A DNA stretch of 64,000 nt from Octopus sinensis (Eukaryota), in NCBI RefSeq assembly GCF_006345805.1, contig NC_043000.1, positions 103,850,001 through 103,914,000 on the forward strand, given 5' to 3'. Position numbers and translations under genes: made by a program. Positions 24,767-36,096 of this stretch are shown in pieces (position 1 is the stretch's first letter; each line of letters opens with the position of its first letter). The notes below the pieces were generated by a model that was not told the DNA's origin, did no database searches, and was given only the letters and a program-made list of their open reading frames with translations.

Positions 24767-27302
24767 ATAAGGTGCAATGGCTAAGAAATATAACAAAGTA
24801 GGTTTCCAAAAGTCCTACTGGTAGTCATTAACGACTGAAAGAGTGTTGGATGTTGACTTTTTTTTTTTCATTCCGCGTGGCTGTGTGGTTTAGAAGTTCA
24901 CTTTACAAATATAGTTCTGGGTGACAGAAAGACCAGACGGGACGGGGCGGTAATGGGAGAGTGTGTTGATAGATTTATGGCTTTCAAATAGAAAGAAACA
25001 AATGGCTTTGCAGACTGGGTCGTCTAGTTCAAGACAGTTTTAGAACATAGGTGAATGGAAAACCAAGTCTAGTGCTGTAACACGCGCACGCATTCTTAAT
25101 TCCACTGAGACGCGCACACACAGAGGTCCGAACACAAACAAACTCGCGTGCGCAACAGCCTCTCGAAAACCACGGATACACGTGCATAATCAACCCCTAA
25201 AAAATCACGATGGTATAGACAGCAAATAATACAATAGGTACAAGGTCTGAAATTTGAGGGGAGGGCACAAATCGATTATATCAACCCCCCAGGGTTCGAC
25301 TGATACTTATTTCATCAACGCCGAAAGAATGGAAGGCAAGGTCGACTTCAGCTGAATTTGAACTCAGAACGTAAAGCTGGAAGAAATGTCAGTAAGCATT
25401 TTGTCTGGCATGCTTACAATTCTGCCAGCTCGCTACCCTGAAGATATCGATGTTATCGACTAACACTTTACCCTCAAAATTTCTGACTTCATTCGCAAAA
25501 TGAGTCCCCTTTAATTTTGCATAGATTGCTTTCAATTTTGGCGTATTAATGTAACTGTGAATTTTGATTACGAAAAGTTCTGTCTTGCTATTGACTAAAA
25601 ATACAAAGTTTTTCCGATCTTTAAACCTCTGTAACTCTTTCCTCCAATTTTTTTCTCCGCATCATACCTTCATAGCAATGAGACTTCAGGTAAACAAGCT
25701 GGCTATACAGAGATAGAGGGCGTTACACAACATTAAGGTTCAGACACGTGACCTCATCTCTTCCTCTTTGCAACCTCAAACTGTGAAGATGTGATCTAGT
25801 CTCTCTCTCGACACACACCAGCTAGCAGATAGGAGAATAGCACCGAAGACCAACGCCTTTACACACCAACCATTCTATTGTGTATATAAGTGTGACCACA
25901 ATAAATGTGTCAAGTTATAACCTCGCTTGTATATGTTCTTCATGCAGGTTTACTACCAACGAGATTACAGCCTTCTGAGAGTCATATTAGGTGACTCAAT
26001 GACAACCAGCACCATCTAAAAACTTAATAATGTAATGCTTCTAATATTAAGGCTAATCACGTCGAATGCTGATTAAATCTAATTTGTTTATTAATCTTCA
26101 TCTGAGGTTGGAAGGGGAACTCACATTAAAGGTAATATTAGAATGGCACATTACAAACGTTCACGTGATCTTCTGCTTTTAGTTGTGAAACTATGTTTTT
26201 TTCTTTTGAACGCTGTTCCCTAAGTCATCAGACCAGTGCCATGAATGAACCGTGCAATTATCACGAGTGTTTTCTATTTATCGATTAATCAATTTGCAAG
26301 GGATCACACCACAAAGTCAGAACAAAAGTGAATGTCTTTGAGATCAGCACTCTTTTCTCTTGCCATAAGCAGTTCGAGACCACAAGGAGAAAAAAAAAAT
26401 TCCTCTCTCGCCACAAGCAAGCAAGCATCTTTGCTGAAGTTGAGAGCAGCCAGGGACACACATCTAACCTCTTGCCACATGCAAGCCAGAGCAAGGCTTT
26501 AAAAATATTCGGTGGATTAACAACTCCTTATCTCTCGCTCCAATATAACCAATGGCTGAATAAACACAATTAAAAACACGTTAATTCACTCTTGTCTAAA
26601 GCAAACTAGTAATATGAGTAGATTCGTTCATCTCGATTTCCATTCAAGACCAATTCGCTCCTGTCTCTAGAGTAATCCATTAATTGACTGTTTAATGTCG
26701 GCACTATGAAAGCCGTTCCCTATATCCTAAGTCTCTGTATAGTGAGTATCTGAAAATTTATGTCTCTTGACAACATAGACAGCCCAACTTGATACATAAT
26801 AATCTAACACCAAAACCACAGCAAAAATGGTGATGAATTCTCTTTGCGACGGCACTGACAAAACCCTAAATTATATTTAGGGTTTTGTCAGTGCCTCTTA
26901 AGGCATAGGAACACCGAGAAGTTGCTCGGAACATCACAGGCATCACGGCTCTAGGGGCCCAATTATGTACGTTGTGGCATACTATCAATAAATAAATATT
27001 ATAGAGCCCAGTGCCTGAGAGTCTGCCATCCTACTAAGATAGCCCTGGGTATTGTAGGTGGAGGAGCTAATTTTTGTATCTTTTGGTGATGTTATCTGAC
27101 AAATGTTTCAAGTTTGTGATACAATTCATAAGAGCAGGTTCAAGGTTTCAAAATTCCTTATTTAGGGTGGGGGTACATTTTGGCATTCTGAATTCATATA
27201 TGTCTCTGACCATTTCATTAGTCTCGTTTTCGTGAGATCCTTCTTTCAAGCATGCTTATGCGTTTAGTTTTTTAAATGAAGAGTATGGTATAGCTCGTTT
27301 TA

Positions 27303-27744
27303 GGGATCTTCTCGGTTTGAACGTCAGTTTTTAAAATAATTTCCACGTGACTAAACACTTTTAAACTTCGTATACTGGTAGAATGTGTTTATAAAACACC
27401 TTTTTCTCTTAGCTTTATAGAGAAAATTCTATAGTTTGTAAGATATTTGTTGTCGTTTTTCATCAATTTCCGCAATTCCAACCAATCAATGACGTCTATT
27501 GCGCTGAAAACATTCTGTGCCGTATGAATATGTCCCTCGTTTAAGAAACACATTGGGTTTATTTACATTTCTGAAAAAAAAAAAAGATACCCTTCCCCCC
27601 ACCCCTAACCCTAACTAGCCCTAACTTTAACCCTAATCCTAAAACAGATTGAAATGCAATAGATCGATACTAGGGTCATTATTATAGGTGACAATTTCAT
27701 ATGACACCGCTAGAAAAAACTGCCGTTCAAACCGAAAAGATCCC
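27303..27744. mobile_element. Non-autonomous DNA transposon with ~30-bp TIRs, a 6-bp TSD and internal CCCTAA repeats
   Basis: gggatcttctcggtttgaacgtcagttttt / aaaaaactgccgttcaaaccgaaaagatccc; GTTTTA directly repeated at 27297-27302 and 27745-27750. Confidence 0.85.
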
Positions 27745-27796
27745 GTTTTAGATGATATTTTGATGTTCTTCATAGAGTGGATGCTGTGTCTTTCGA

Positions 27797-28088
27797 TAGA
27801 GAGAGAGAGAGAGAGAGGGGGGCGGGAGAGAGAGAAGGGGAGGGAGAGAGAGAAGGGGTAGGAGAGAGAGAAGGGGCGGGAGAGAGAGAAGAGGCGGGAG
27901 AGATAGAAGGGGCAGGAGAGAGAGAAGGGGTAGGAGAGAGAGAAGGGGCGGGAGAGAGAGAAGGGTAGGGAGAGAGAGAAGGGGTAGGAGAGAGAGAAGG
28001 GGCGGGAGAGAAAGAAGAGGCGGGAGAGATAGAAGGGACAGGAGAGAGAAGGGGTAGGAGAGAGAGAAGGGGCGGGAGAGAGAGAGAG
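27797..28088. repeat. Purine-rich 18-bp minisatellite (GGGAGAGAGAGAAGGGGY)n
   Basis: About 15 tandem units visible; explains the PLLSL-repeat ORFs. Confidence 0.9.
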
Positions 28089-28304
28089 TCAACAGTAGCG
28101 CTCAAATGATTTGATGCAGATAAATAAATAAAAGTGATATACACACTAATATACAAAACGTATATACATTTATATAGACTTTACTTCCTCGCTATTTACA
28201 TGTATACATGTATATATATATTTTGTATATCAAACTCAAGCAGATTTTGTTTTGGCCTATTTGCATCATTCTCTCTCTCTCATTACACACACACACACAC
28301 ATAT

Positions 28305-28338
<34 letters not shown>

Positions 28339-29646
28339 GCACACACATACACTAGCAATGCATCACGGCGTTGCCCGGGTGTTATGACTGCTACCACATT
28401 GTATTATTTGTTTCTTTCTTATGGGCAGAATCGGCGCAGCTGATATATAGTGAACTGGCTTACTGATATAATGGGAGTTATTGTTTGTTTAAAAGTGAAG
28501 GGGGAGGGTACAATTTGCATGGGTTTGCATGAAAGTGCTTTCTGTTCTTATGAAGGATCACAAACTATGTTTCATCGTATAAAAGGCAGTTAATACGATT
28601 TTGTCCAGAAATCACGTTTTCAAAATTTTTATTATCTCCCCCCCCCCCCGTCCCCACTGCAATTTCATAAATTGTAACTTCTTTCGATTTTTTTTTTATC
28701 TACGTAGAAAAATACAGAGATTACGAATCTGGGAATTATCTTTTTTTTTTAAAGTTTAATTTTTCTTAAAGAAACACAAAAATTCCCCTTCCTCCACCTC
28801 GCACACCCATCACCTACCTCCTTTCAAAAAGCTAAAACCTCCCAATGTTCCACTTTCGTCTGATGTTTCACGCATGCGTAGAATTGTACTGAAATAGCAG
28901 ACCACCACCACCAGAAAACCCGACATGCTAGAAACAACAGGTAAACGTCATTATTTCTGAAGAAACTTCCCCGATTTCCAAAAACCTAAGAGTGAAACAT
29001 TGGAAGTTTGTAGCTTTTTGAAAATGGTGAGGTGATGGGGGGATTTCATTAAAATTAATATTAGTATTTCCGAAGATATATGTTAACACAACGTTATCAA
29101 GGCGATCCAAAGTTAGTGAAATTCGAATTGAACAAACGAAATATTACCAGTACACAAACGCCTACAAAAAGAACGCTTAGAGGGAATTCAATCTAAGGCT
29201 TAGCTGTATTCAACCAATGGTGACGTCAGTGGATAACGAAAAGGATATTTGGATGTCAGGCATGAGGATTTACCTGGGATCTGTATTCTACTTACATTTA
29301 CTGGTGTCTAATTATTGAATATTGTCAACCAACTTCTTTTAATATTGATTGCTTTATTGGTCTGCCAAGACTTTTTAATTCCGTTTTTCTTCATATTATG
29401 TGTGTGTGTGTGTGTGTGTGTTTCTTTTGTCTGTTTTTGCCCCCCCCCCATCACTGCCTGACAACCGATGTTGGTGTGCTTACATCCCTGTAACGTAGCG
29501 GTTTGGCAAAGCAAATTGATAGAATAAGTACCGGGCTTTAAAAAAGAATCCTGGGGTCGATTAGCTCCTCTTAAAACCCTTCAAGGCAGTGCCCTAGCAT
29601 GGCCGCAGTCATATGACTGAAGCAAGTAAGAGATAAAAGATTATAT

Positions 29647-29710
<64 letters not shown>

Positions 29711-30138
29711 CATACATATATATATATATATCATCATCATCGTCGTCGTCGTCGTCGTTTAACGTCCTTCTTCCATATTGGTATGGGTTGGACGGTTTGA
29801 CAGAAGCTGACCAAGCAGAAGCCTGTTTCATACTTCTGTGTCTGTTTTGGCAAGGTTTTTATGGCTGGATGCCCTTCTTAACACCAACCACCGAGCGGAG
29901 CGGACTGAGTGCTTTTAAGTGGTCAGTTATATATATTCCGAAACTTCGCCTAGTATGTATTTGCACACACACAATCGCGCGCGCGCACATACACGCACGC
30001 ACACATGCATATATATATATATATATATATAAAATAATAGAATAGATATACTATTAAATTAGTATCTAATTCTCTCACCCTTATTAATTAATTATATATA
30101 TATATATATATATATGTACATACATGTGTGTGTAATAA

Positions 30139-30529
30139 GAAAAAGAAGAAAATGGAGAAACTGACATATAGGCATCAATTTATTGAAACAAACTCAATTT
30201 CGAACAACATCAAACTCATAGAACCTACAATTGTTTCCATGTCCAATCAATTAATTCAAATTAGAAAACTCAAATTAAAGATACTTATTGAATTATATAG
30301 TTAGTTAATTGAACATTTCGTCAGGGATGTAGTTCCTTTTTCTATCAAGTTCTGACCCTGACGAAATGTTCAATTAACTATAATTCAATATGAATCTTTA
30401 ATTTTTCTAATTTGAATGAATTGATTGGACATGGAAACAATTGTATCTTCTATGAGTTTGATATTCGAAACTGGATTTGTTTCAATAAATTGATGTCTAT
30501 ATATCAATTTCTCCATTTTCTTCTTTTTC
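30139..30529. repeat. Fold-back element with a hammerhead core in each arm
   Basis: Arms 30139-30325 / 30356-30529. + arm: CTGACGA (30358-30364), long stem II, GAAA-CAATTG-TA (30434-30445); mirror copy at 30222-30328. Confidence 0.8.
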
Positions 30530-32255
30530 ATATACATAAAATGATAATATACCCATATCCATCAATCTGAAGCTAACATCTTTTAGTATTTCACTGATAC
30601 ACTGGATAAAACTGGGGAACTTGAATGCTGACATCCCTTTAGGAGGTATTTATATCCCTGAAATAAATTTTATATATATATTAACAACCTGTCTTCTTCA
30701 TTTTTTATGGGACTTCTTTTCATAAATTCATCGCACATCATAAACAAGTATATTGGACGTATCTTATATCTCTCTCTTCTATCTTTTCTCTTATGAAAGA
30801 AAATATTTCTCCAGCGTTCACTATTTTACCCTCGTTCTGGTCTAACGACCCTCCATGTTTGTTTTCGTTCGGTTTCCTTGTATGTCTCCACTGCCCTGTT
30901 TTTGTTCGCAACTTTGCTCCTCCATAAATCCCAAATATTATTTTGGTACCTATTGAAAATCGGTGTGTGTTTGCTTGTGGCGTTGTTAGCTAACTCCTCC
31001 AACATCGTTTTATTGATTTTGATGAAACTTGACATGTGAGTAGAATTCATGTCTGGAAACCTCGAGACATACTTAGATTGTTGAAAATAAATCGATAATA
31101 CCGCCCATAGAAGGGACCTTTATATCTATTTCATATAACTAATTTTATTTTTAACACCTATGGGAAATAACCCATAGCACCTGCACAATATTATTTTAAA
31201 CACTCAAGGGAAATAACCCATTTAATTGTTTATGTTTGATTACTTTGGATATTGATTTTTTGCATGTCCAATTTCTAATTTTTGCAGACAATATCCCTTT
31301 TATACTTTATTTGACACGTGAGTAGAACTCATGTGTGGAAACCTCGTGACATACTTAGATTGTTGAAAATGATGATAGGGCCCCTCCAATGGATCCTTCT
31401 ATCTACTACATATTACTAATATATTATTTAAACAACTCAAGGGAAATAACGATACCACCTGCAGTTTTTTGTGAAGCGATCAATATCTGATCAGCCGACC
31501 TAATTCTGCATTTCACTACTCACAGTTTTGAACTGCTAAATATTATTATTGCATTTCCTTGATTTGAATCTTAAACCTTAAAGACGTCATTCATACATTT
31601 CTATACATACATACTTTTTTGAATGCCCAATACTCCGATGATTCTGCATTTTCACAGTTACACTTTTTCCATGACAGTAGATATTTTTTTTATTCCATAA
31701 CGTATTTGTAGTGGCTTCATGCAGGCATAGCGTGGAATCGATGCTCGATTGCCAAATTTCACTTAATACTTCAACAGCACTTTTCTGATGATAAAACAAT
31801 AGTTTTTCTGTAAATGACAGCAGTTATACATTTCCCAGATGCCTTGGCTAAGCAGAATAATGTCTCTGCCAGTTGACCCTTCTAACCTCTTGCAGGCCAC
31901 CAGGGGCTAGAACCTCCAACGAAACCATTTGCTCTCAACAGTATGTGTATCCTTCTGGCTGCTTTTCAATAGTTATAAAAACAAGAACTCCGTAAGCTAA
32001 AGGCAGTTACTGAGAGTGACCATCAGTGAGTGTGAACGTTATTATTGCACTTTATTCAAACACTTCATTCATATATTTATATACATATAATCTCTCCCTC
32101 CTCCAGCTGACAGTTTTTGTACTTTTCGTGACGGAAAATACACCGTTTGTGACAGTTGTAACGAAATTGCTTTCTTATATCAGAGTAATAAGGCGTTTCA
32201 ATAGAAAATTTTACCTCCGGGAATTACCGGGTACACCAGCTAGTATGTATATATA

Positions 32256-32299
<44 letters not shown>

Positions 32300-32331
32300 G
32301 TGTTCGAAAGGCACAATTTACGGCCCTTCCG

Positions 32332-33570
32332 ATGCCATCATTCGGTCATCAGGATAGGGCCGTATATAATAACATTAACAATTTAAGTAAGGACGGGAGC
32401 GCGGCGGATGCCGGGGTAGTCGCTCCCGCATTTAATTTAGCGAACAAGGATAATTATCGGTCCGGGAGGTCTTACACTAACCCAAGACCCGTTATTCATC
32501 CGAGAATCACCCACCCGAATGCGAGAGCTGGCGTCCCGACCCATCACACTGATAGGAATAAGCATATATGGTTTGTAATCCCCTTTGGTAAGCAGATTAG
32601 AACTAACCTCCCCCTCATGTTTAGACAAGCCATCGCCAATAACTTCCCCAGAAATTCCAAATATTACTCCACGGTTAACTCGCATAAAGTTAGGATAGCT
32701 TTCTCCAACACTAAAAACCTCGCCCAGATAATCGCCTCCCATAATAATAGGCTACTTACTAAGACCCTATCACCTTTTTCCGGAGGCACAGCCTCTTCCG
32801 CTCCCGGTTTAATGCTCAGTAGGAATAATTATAGTAGTAATAATGATATGAGAGCCAGTACAGTGACACATAATCTCAGCTCCAGCCAGGGAGTACCCAC
32901 TAGGGGTATAGTTATAAATAGGGGTGTTGTGGTTGACGGTAACAATGGGAGTAGGGTAGAGAGCCCCAATAGCATCCCCAGCTTCATTTCCCGCAATAGC
33001 AGCACCACGGGCACTAGCAATGACAGCACTCTGATAGATAGTGGAGAATCAGGGGTTATTCCTATAGTTAATAGTGACGTAGTGGAAAATAGAGTAGTAA
33101 GCGGCTGCAGGTCTCGGAACGAATATAGTGACAGGAACGCAGTTCTAATTTCAGAAACTAATCCTAGCAGAATAAGATTCACGTCGGCGAACTCCAAGAT
33201 CAAAAACGCCGTCTACCAATGCAAGGTTTACACGGACTCAGATGTCTTCACTTATGTAGGGGCCTCATCCTCAAGATTGTCTTTGCGAGTCTCCAACCAT
33301 TACGCAACTTTTCGGGACATGAACAAGCGCCAGACCACGAGACTCAGTAAGCTAATATGGCGACTGAAGGATACGAACTTAAGCTACAGGCTGGAATGGT
33401 CAATTTTGTCGGTGGCCCTCCCATTTGATAGGGGCAGAAGGCAGTGCAACCTTTGTGTCTCCGAACTCTTCCATATTTTGTTTGCCAGAGGCCGGATGGT
33501 AAACGGGCTTTTACAGTCGGCTTTTCGATGCCCCCATTGGCGGCGTTACACTTATCTGGCTTTTAAATAG
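32332..33570 (+). CDS. Penelope-like element ORF C-terminus: RT thumb/linker plus GIY-YIG endonuclease (no RT core)
   Basis: IWFVIPF...TNL...NFP...KVRIAFS...IIASHN linker; VYQCKV...YVG...R..NH...TRLSKLIWRLKD...WSI...CNLCVSE...VN...CPH. First ATG after the TA run is at 32332. Confidence 0.8.
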   Translation: MPSFGHQDRAVYNNINNLSKDGSAADAGVVAPAFNLANKDNYRSGRSYTNPRPVIHPRITHPNARAGVPTHHTDRNKHIWFVIPFGKQIRTNLPLMFRQAIANNFPRNSKYYSTVNSHKVRIAFSNTKNLAQIIASHNNRLLTKTLSPFSGGTASSAPGLMLSRNNYSSNNDMRASTVTHNLSSSQGVPTRGIVINRGVVVDGNNGSRVESPNSIPSFISRNSSTTGTSNDSTLIDSGESGVIPIVNSDVVENRVVSGCRSRNEYSDRNAVLISETNPSRIRFTSANSKIKNAVYQCKVYTDSDVFTYVGASSSRLSLRVSNHYATFRDMNKRQTTRLSKLIWRLKDTNLSYRLEWSILSVALPFDRGRRQCNLCVSELFHILFARGRMVNGLLQSAFRCPHWRRYTYLAFK

Positions 33571-34159
33571 CGTTTATAAATAATACCGGCACCCATAGCC
33601 CTTGGTAACTAATTCTGAAATAGCCTTTAAGATATCTACGATTAACCACTGCAAGGGGAATGACTCCTGTAAGATAAACGGGGCTTGGTTTTTTCACAAC
33701 GGGGGGGGGGGGGTTCCTTGACAAGGCAGGCTTAGATGAACACACACACACATAAAACATAATATATATTTTTTTTTTCTGCCACCCAACGGTTCTCACT
33801 GCAGTAGCCACTGACAGCCGAACGATCAAACGCACACACGTACACAAAAAATGTTTTCTACCCCTACGCCAGCACACACATATATAGAACAGTAGACACA
33901 CACACGTCTCTAAGTAGATTTTTTCTCGCCCCTTATAAAACATCCAATATTCCTTAAATAGTCAGAACTTTATTCTCGGTCACAAAGAACATCTACACAC
34001 CCTCACCCACATGATTGACCGATGCCTGACCCGTTAAATTCTTCAGCCACCGGTTCTCAACATACACTGATAAACAGTTTCGCCATGGGCTCTTAGGAGC
34101 CTAGTTCGATTTGTTTTTGCTCTGTTCTGTTTTTGTTTTTTCCAACGGATTTCCTATTT

Positions 34160-34245
34160 TCTTCCTGAAGAGAAAGACACAATATGGTCCCATTATTCAA
34201 TCGGATTTTGGTAAATTGTGCCTTTCGAAACACGTGTAGAATGAA
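34160..34245 (+). ncRNA. Type I hammerhead ribozyme of the Penelope-like element
   Basis: ttc-CTGAAGA (34165-34171); stem II GAAAGACACAAT/ATTGTGCCTTTC (11 of 12 paired); GAAA (34227-34230); CACGTG-TA-gaa. Predicted cut after 34238. Confidence 0.8.
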
Positions 34246-34454
34246 ATAAAACGATTTCTGTTCAATCTGCGTTCAGCTCCATTTCTTCAATTCACCAATA
34301 ATATTTTAATTTCAATTATCCGCACCAACGCACGGTTGCAACACCATATGGTTGTACCTCCAACCGTGCTGTTTACTGCTGTGATTTTTGCTACCAAGGT
34401 ATCGGTTAAACTTTTGATTAATCTACTACAAGATTATTCATCTTTCTATTTCAC

Positions 34455-34610
<156 letters not shown>

Positions 34611-35648
34611 CAAGCGCGCGCGCACACACACACAAATTTACAAATATATAGGGGTGGATATAAGCTGGTGTGTTCATGGATAAAGATTGATGAAGTTTTT
34701 TTTATTGAGAATGTAAAACAGTATAAGGACATATGTAAGCTACAGGTTCTGTTCGCTATCGTTTCCCTTAACTTCGTGTAACAATTACGATTTCTAACGC
34801 AAACACAAGGCCAATGGATAATACAAAATGCAGAAGATTATATCTAAGTACTTAACTGGTACTTATTTAATCGATCTCAGGAGAAAGAATGGCAAAGTTT
34901 ACCTCTTTTATCGCACAGTCAGATTTGATCTCAGCACCTAAACGGATGTAATAATATACCGTAGGGTATTTTATCTGGCGCTGTAGCGATTCTGTCTTCA
35001 AAAAGTAAGCGCATAAAAAATAACAACAATAACAACCACTACTAAAATTACAGTATGAGTGGAACAAAGTAGCGAGTGTCTCCGAGAAAGCTTAACGTCG
35101 TCTTTTCCCACGCAACCAGCTAAACTAGAGGGCGGTGTAACCGTTAGTAGGATATCTTGAACTGCATGACTGACTGGCTGGCTGGCTGGCTTAGTTAACC
35201 CTTCGGTTCCAAAGCGTATAGTAATTATGTTCGACTTGACACAGGCATGCACGCAGGAATACTTACACACAGATAAGTGTAATGTATATGCGAAAGAGCG
35301 TGTCGCCTTTGTGTGTGTGTCTGTGTTGTAATGTGTGTGTATGTGTGTATACACACATGCGCATTCGCATATATGTATATACTCTTACATACACACGTGT
35401 ATGTTTGTGTGCATATTTATGTATATGTAGTGTGTAGAATGTATGTATGTATGTATGATGTATATATGTATATATGTATGTATGTATGTATGTTTATATG
35501 CATATATGAATGTATGTGTATACACACATACATGCATAGACACATGCATGTATACATACATACATGTTTACATTTATACGCTCGTGCGCGCACACACATG
35601 CACACACTCACGCACACACACACACACTCACGCACACACACACGCACA

Positions 35649-35700
<52 letters not shown>

Positions 35701-36096
35701 GCTCCTTCGCATAGATATTAGAAAAGCGTAAATTTCACACAGTTCGTATTTTAATTATGCTCAACGATGTTTCATTGTATTTTCTGTGTAAATTTAAAAA
35801 CTGTTTTCATACAAATCATCCAGATATTATGTTATGTTAATCAGAAAACCATAACTCGGTGATTTGGATAAACACATTTTTTAAACTAATTTAATTTAAC
35901 TTTATTAATTATGTATCATAATTATGCTATTATGTGATTATACACTCAATGACGTTTATCTTAATAAAACAACTGCTTAGCACTATTAAAAATGATACGA
36001 GCTATATGTGAAATTTATGCCTTTCTGCTTTTATGCTAAATAAACTGGATAATGTTATAGATATGTTGCTCTTAAAGATCGTTTTAGCCGATATAC

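Noticed and set aside
32026-32331. N-terminal 102 codons of the 514-aa ORF
   Set aside because: GTG start running through a (TA)n tract and the inverted segment; chance read-through upstream of the element.
33570-34160. Possible selenoprotein/SECIS, as described for some Naiad elements
   Set aside because: The ORF has no in-frame TGA and ends in TAG; no convincing SECIS seen.
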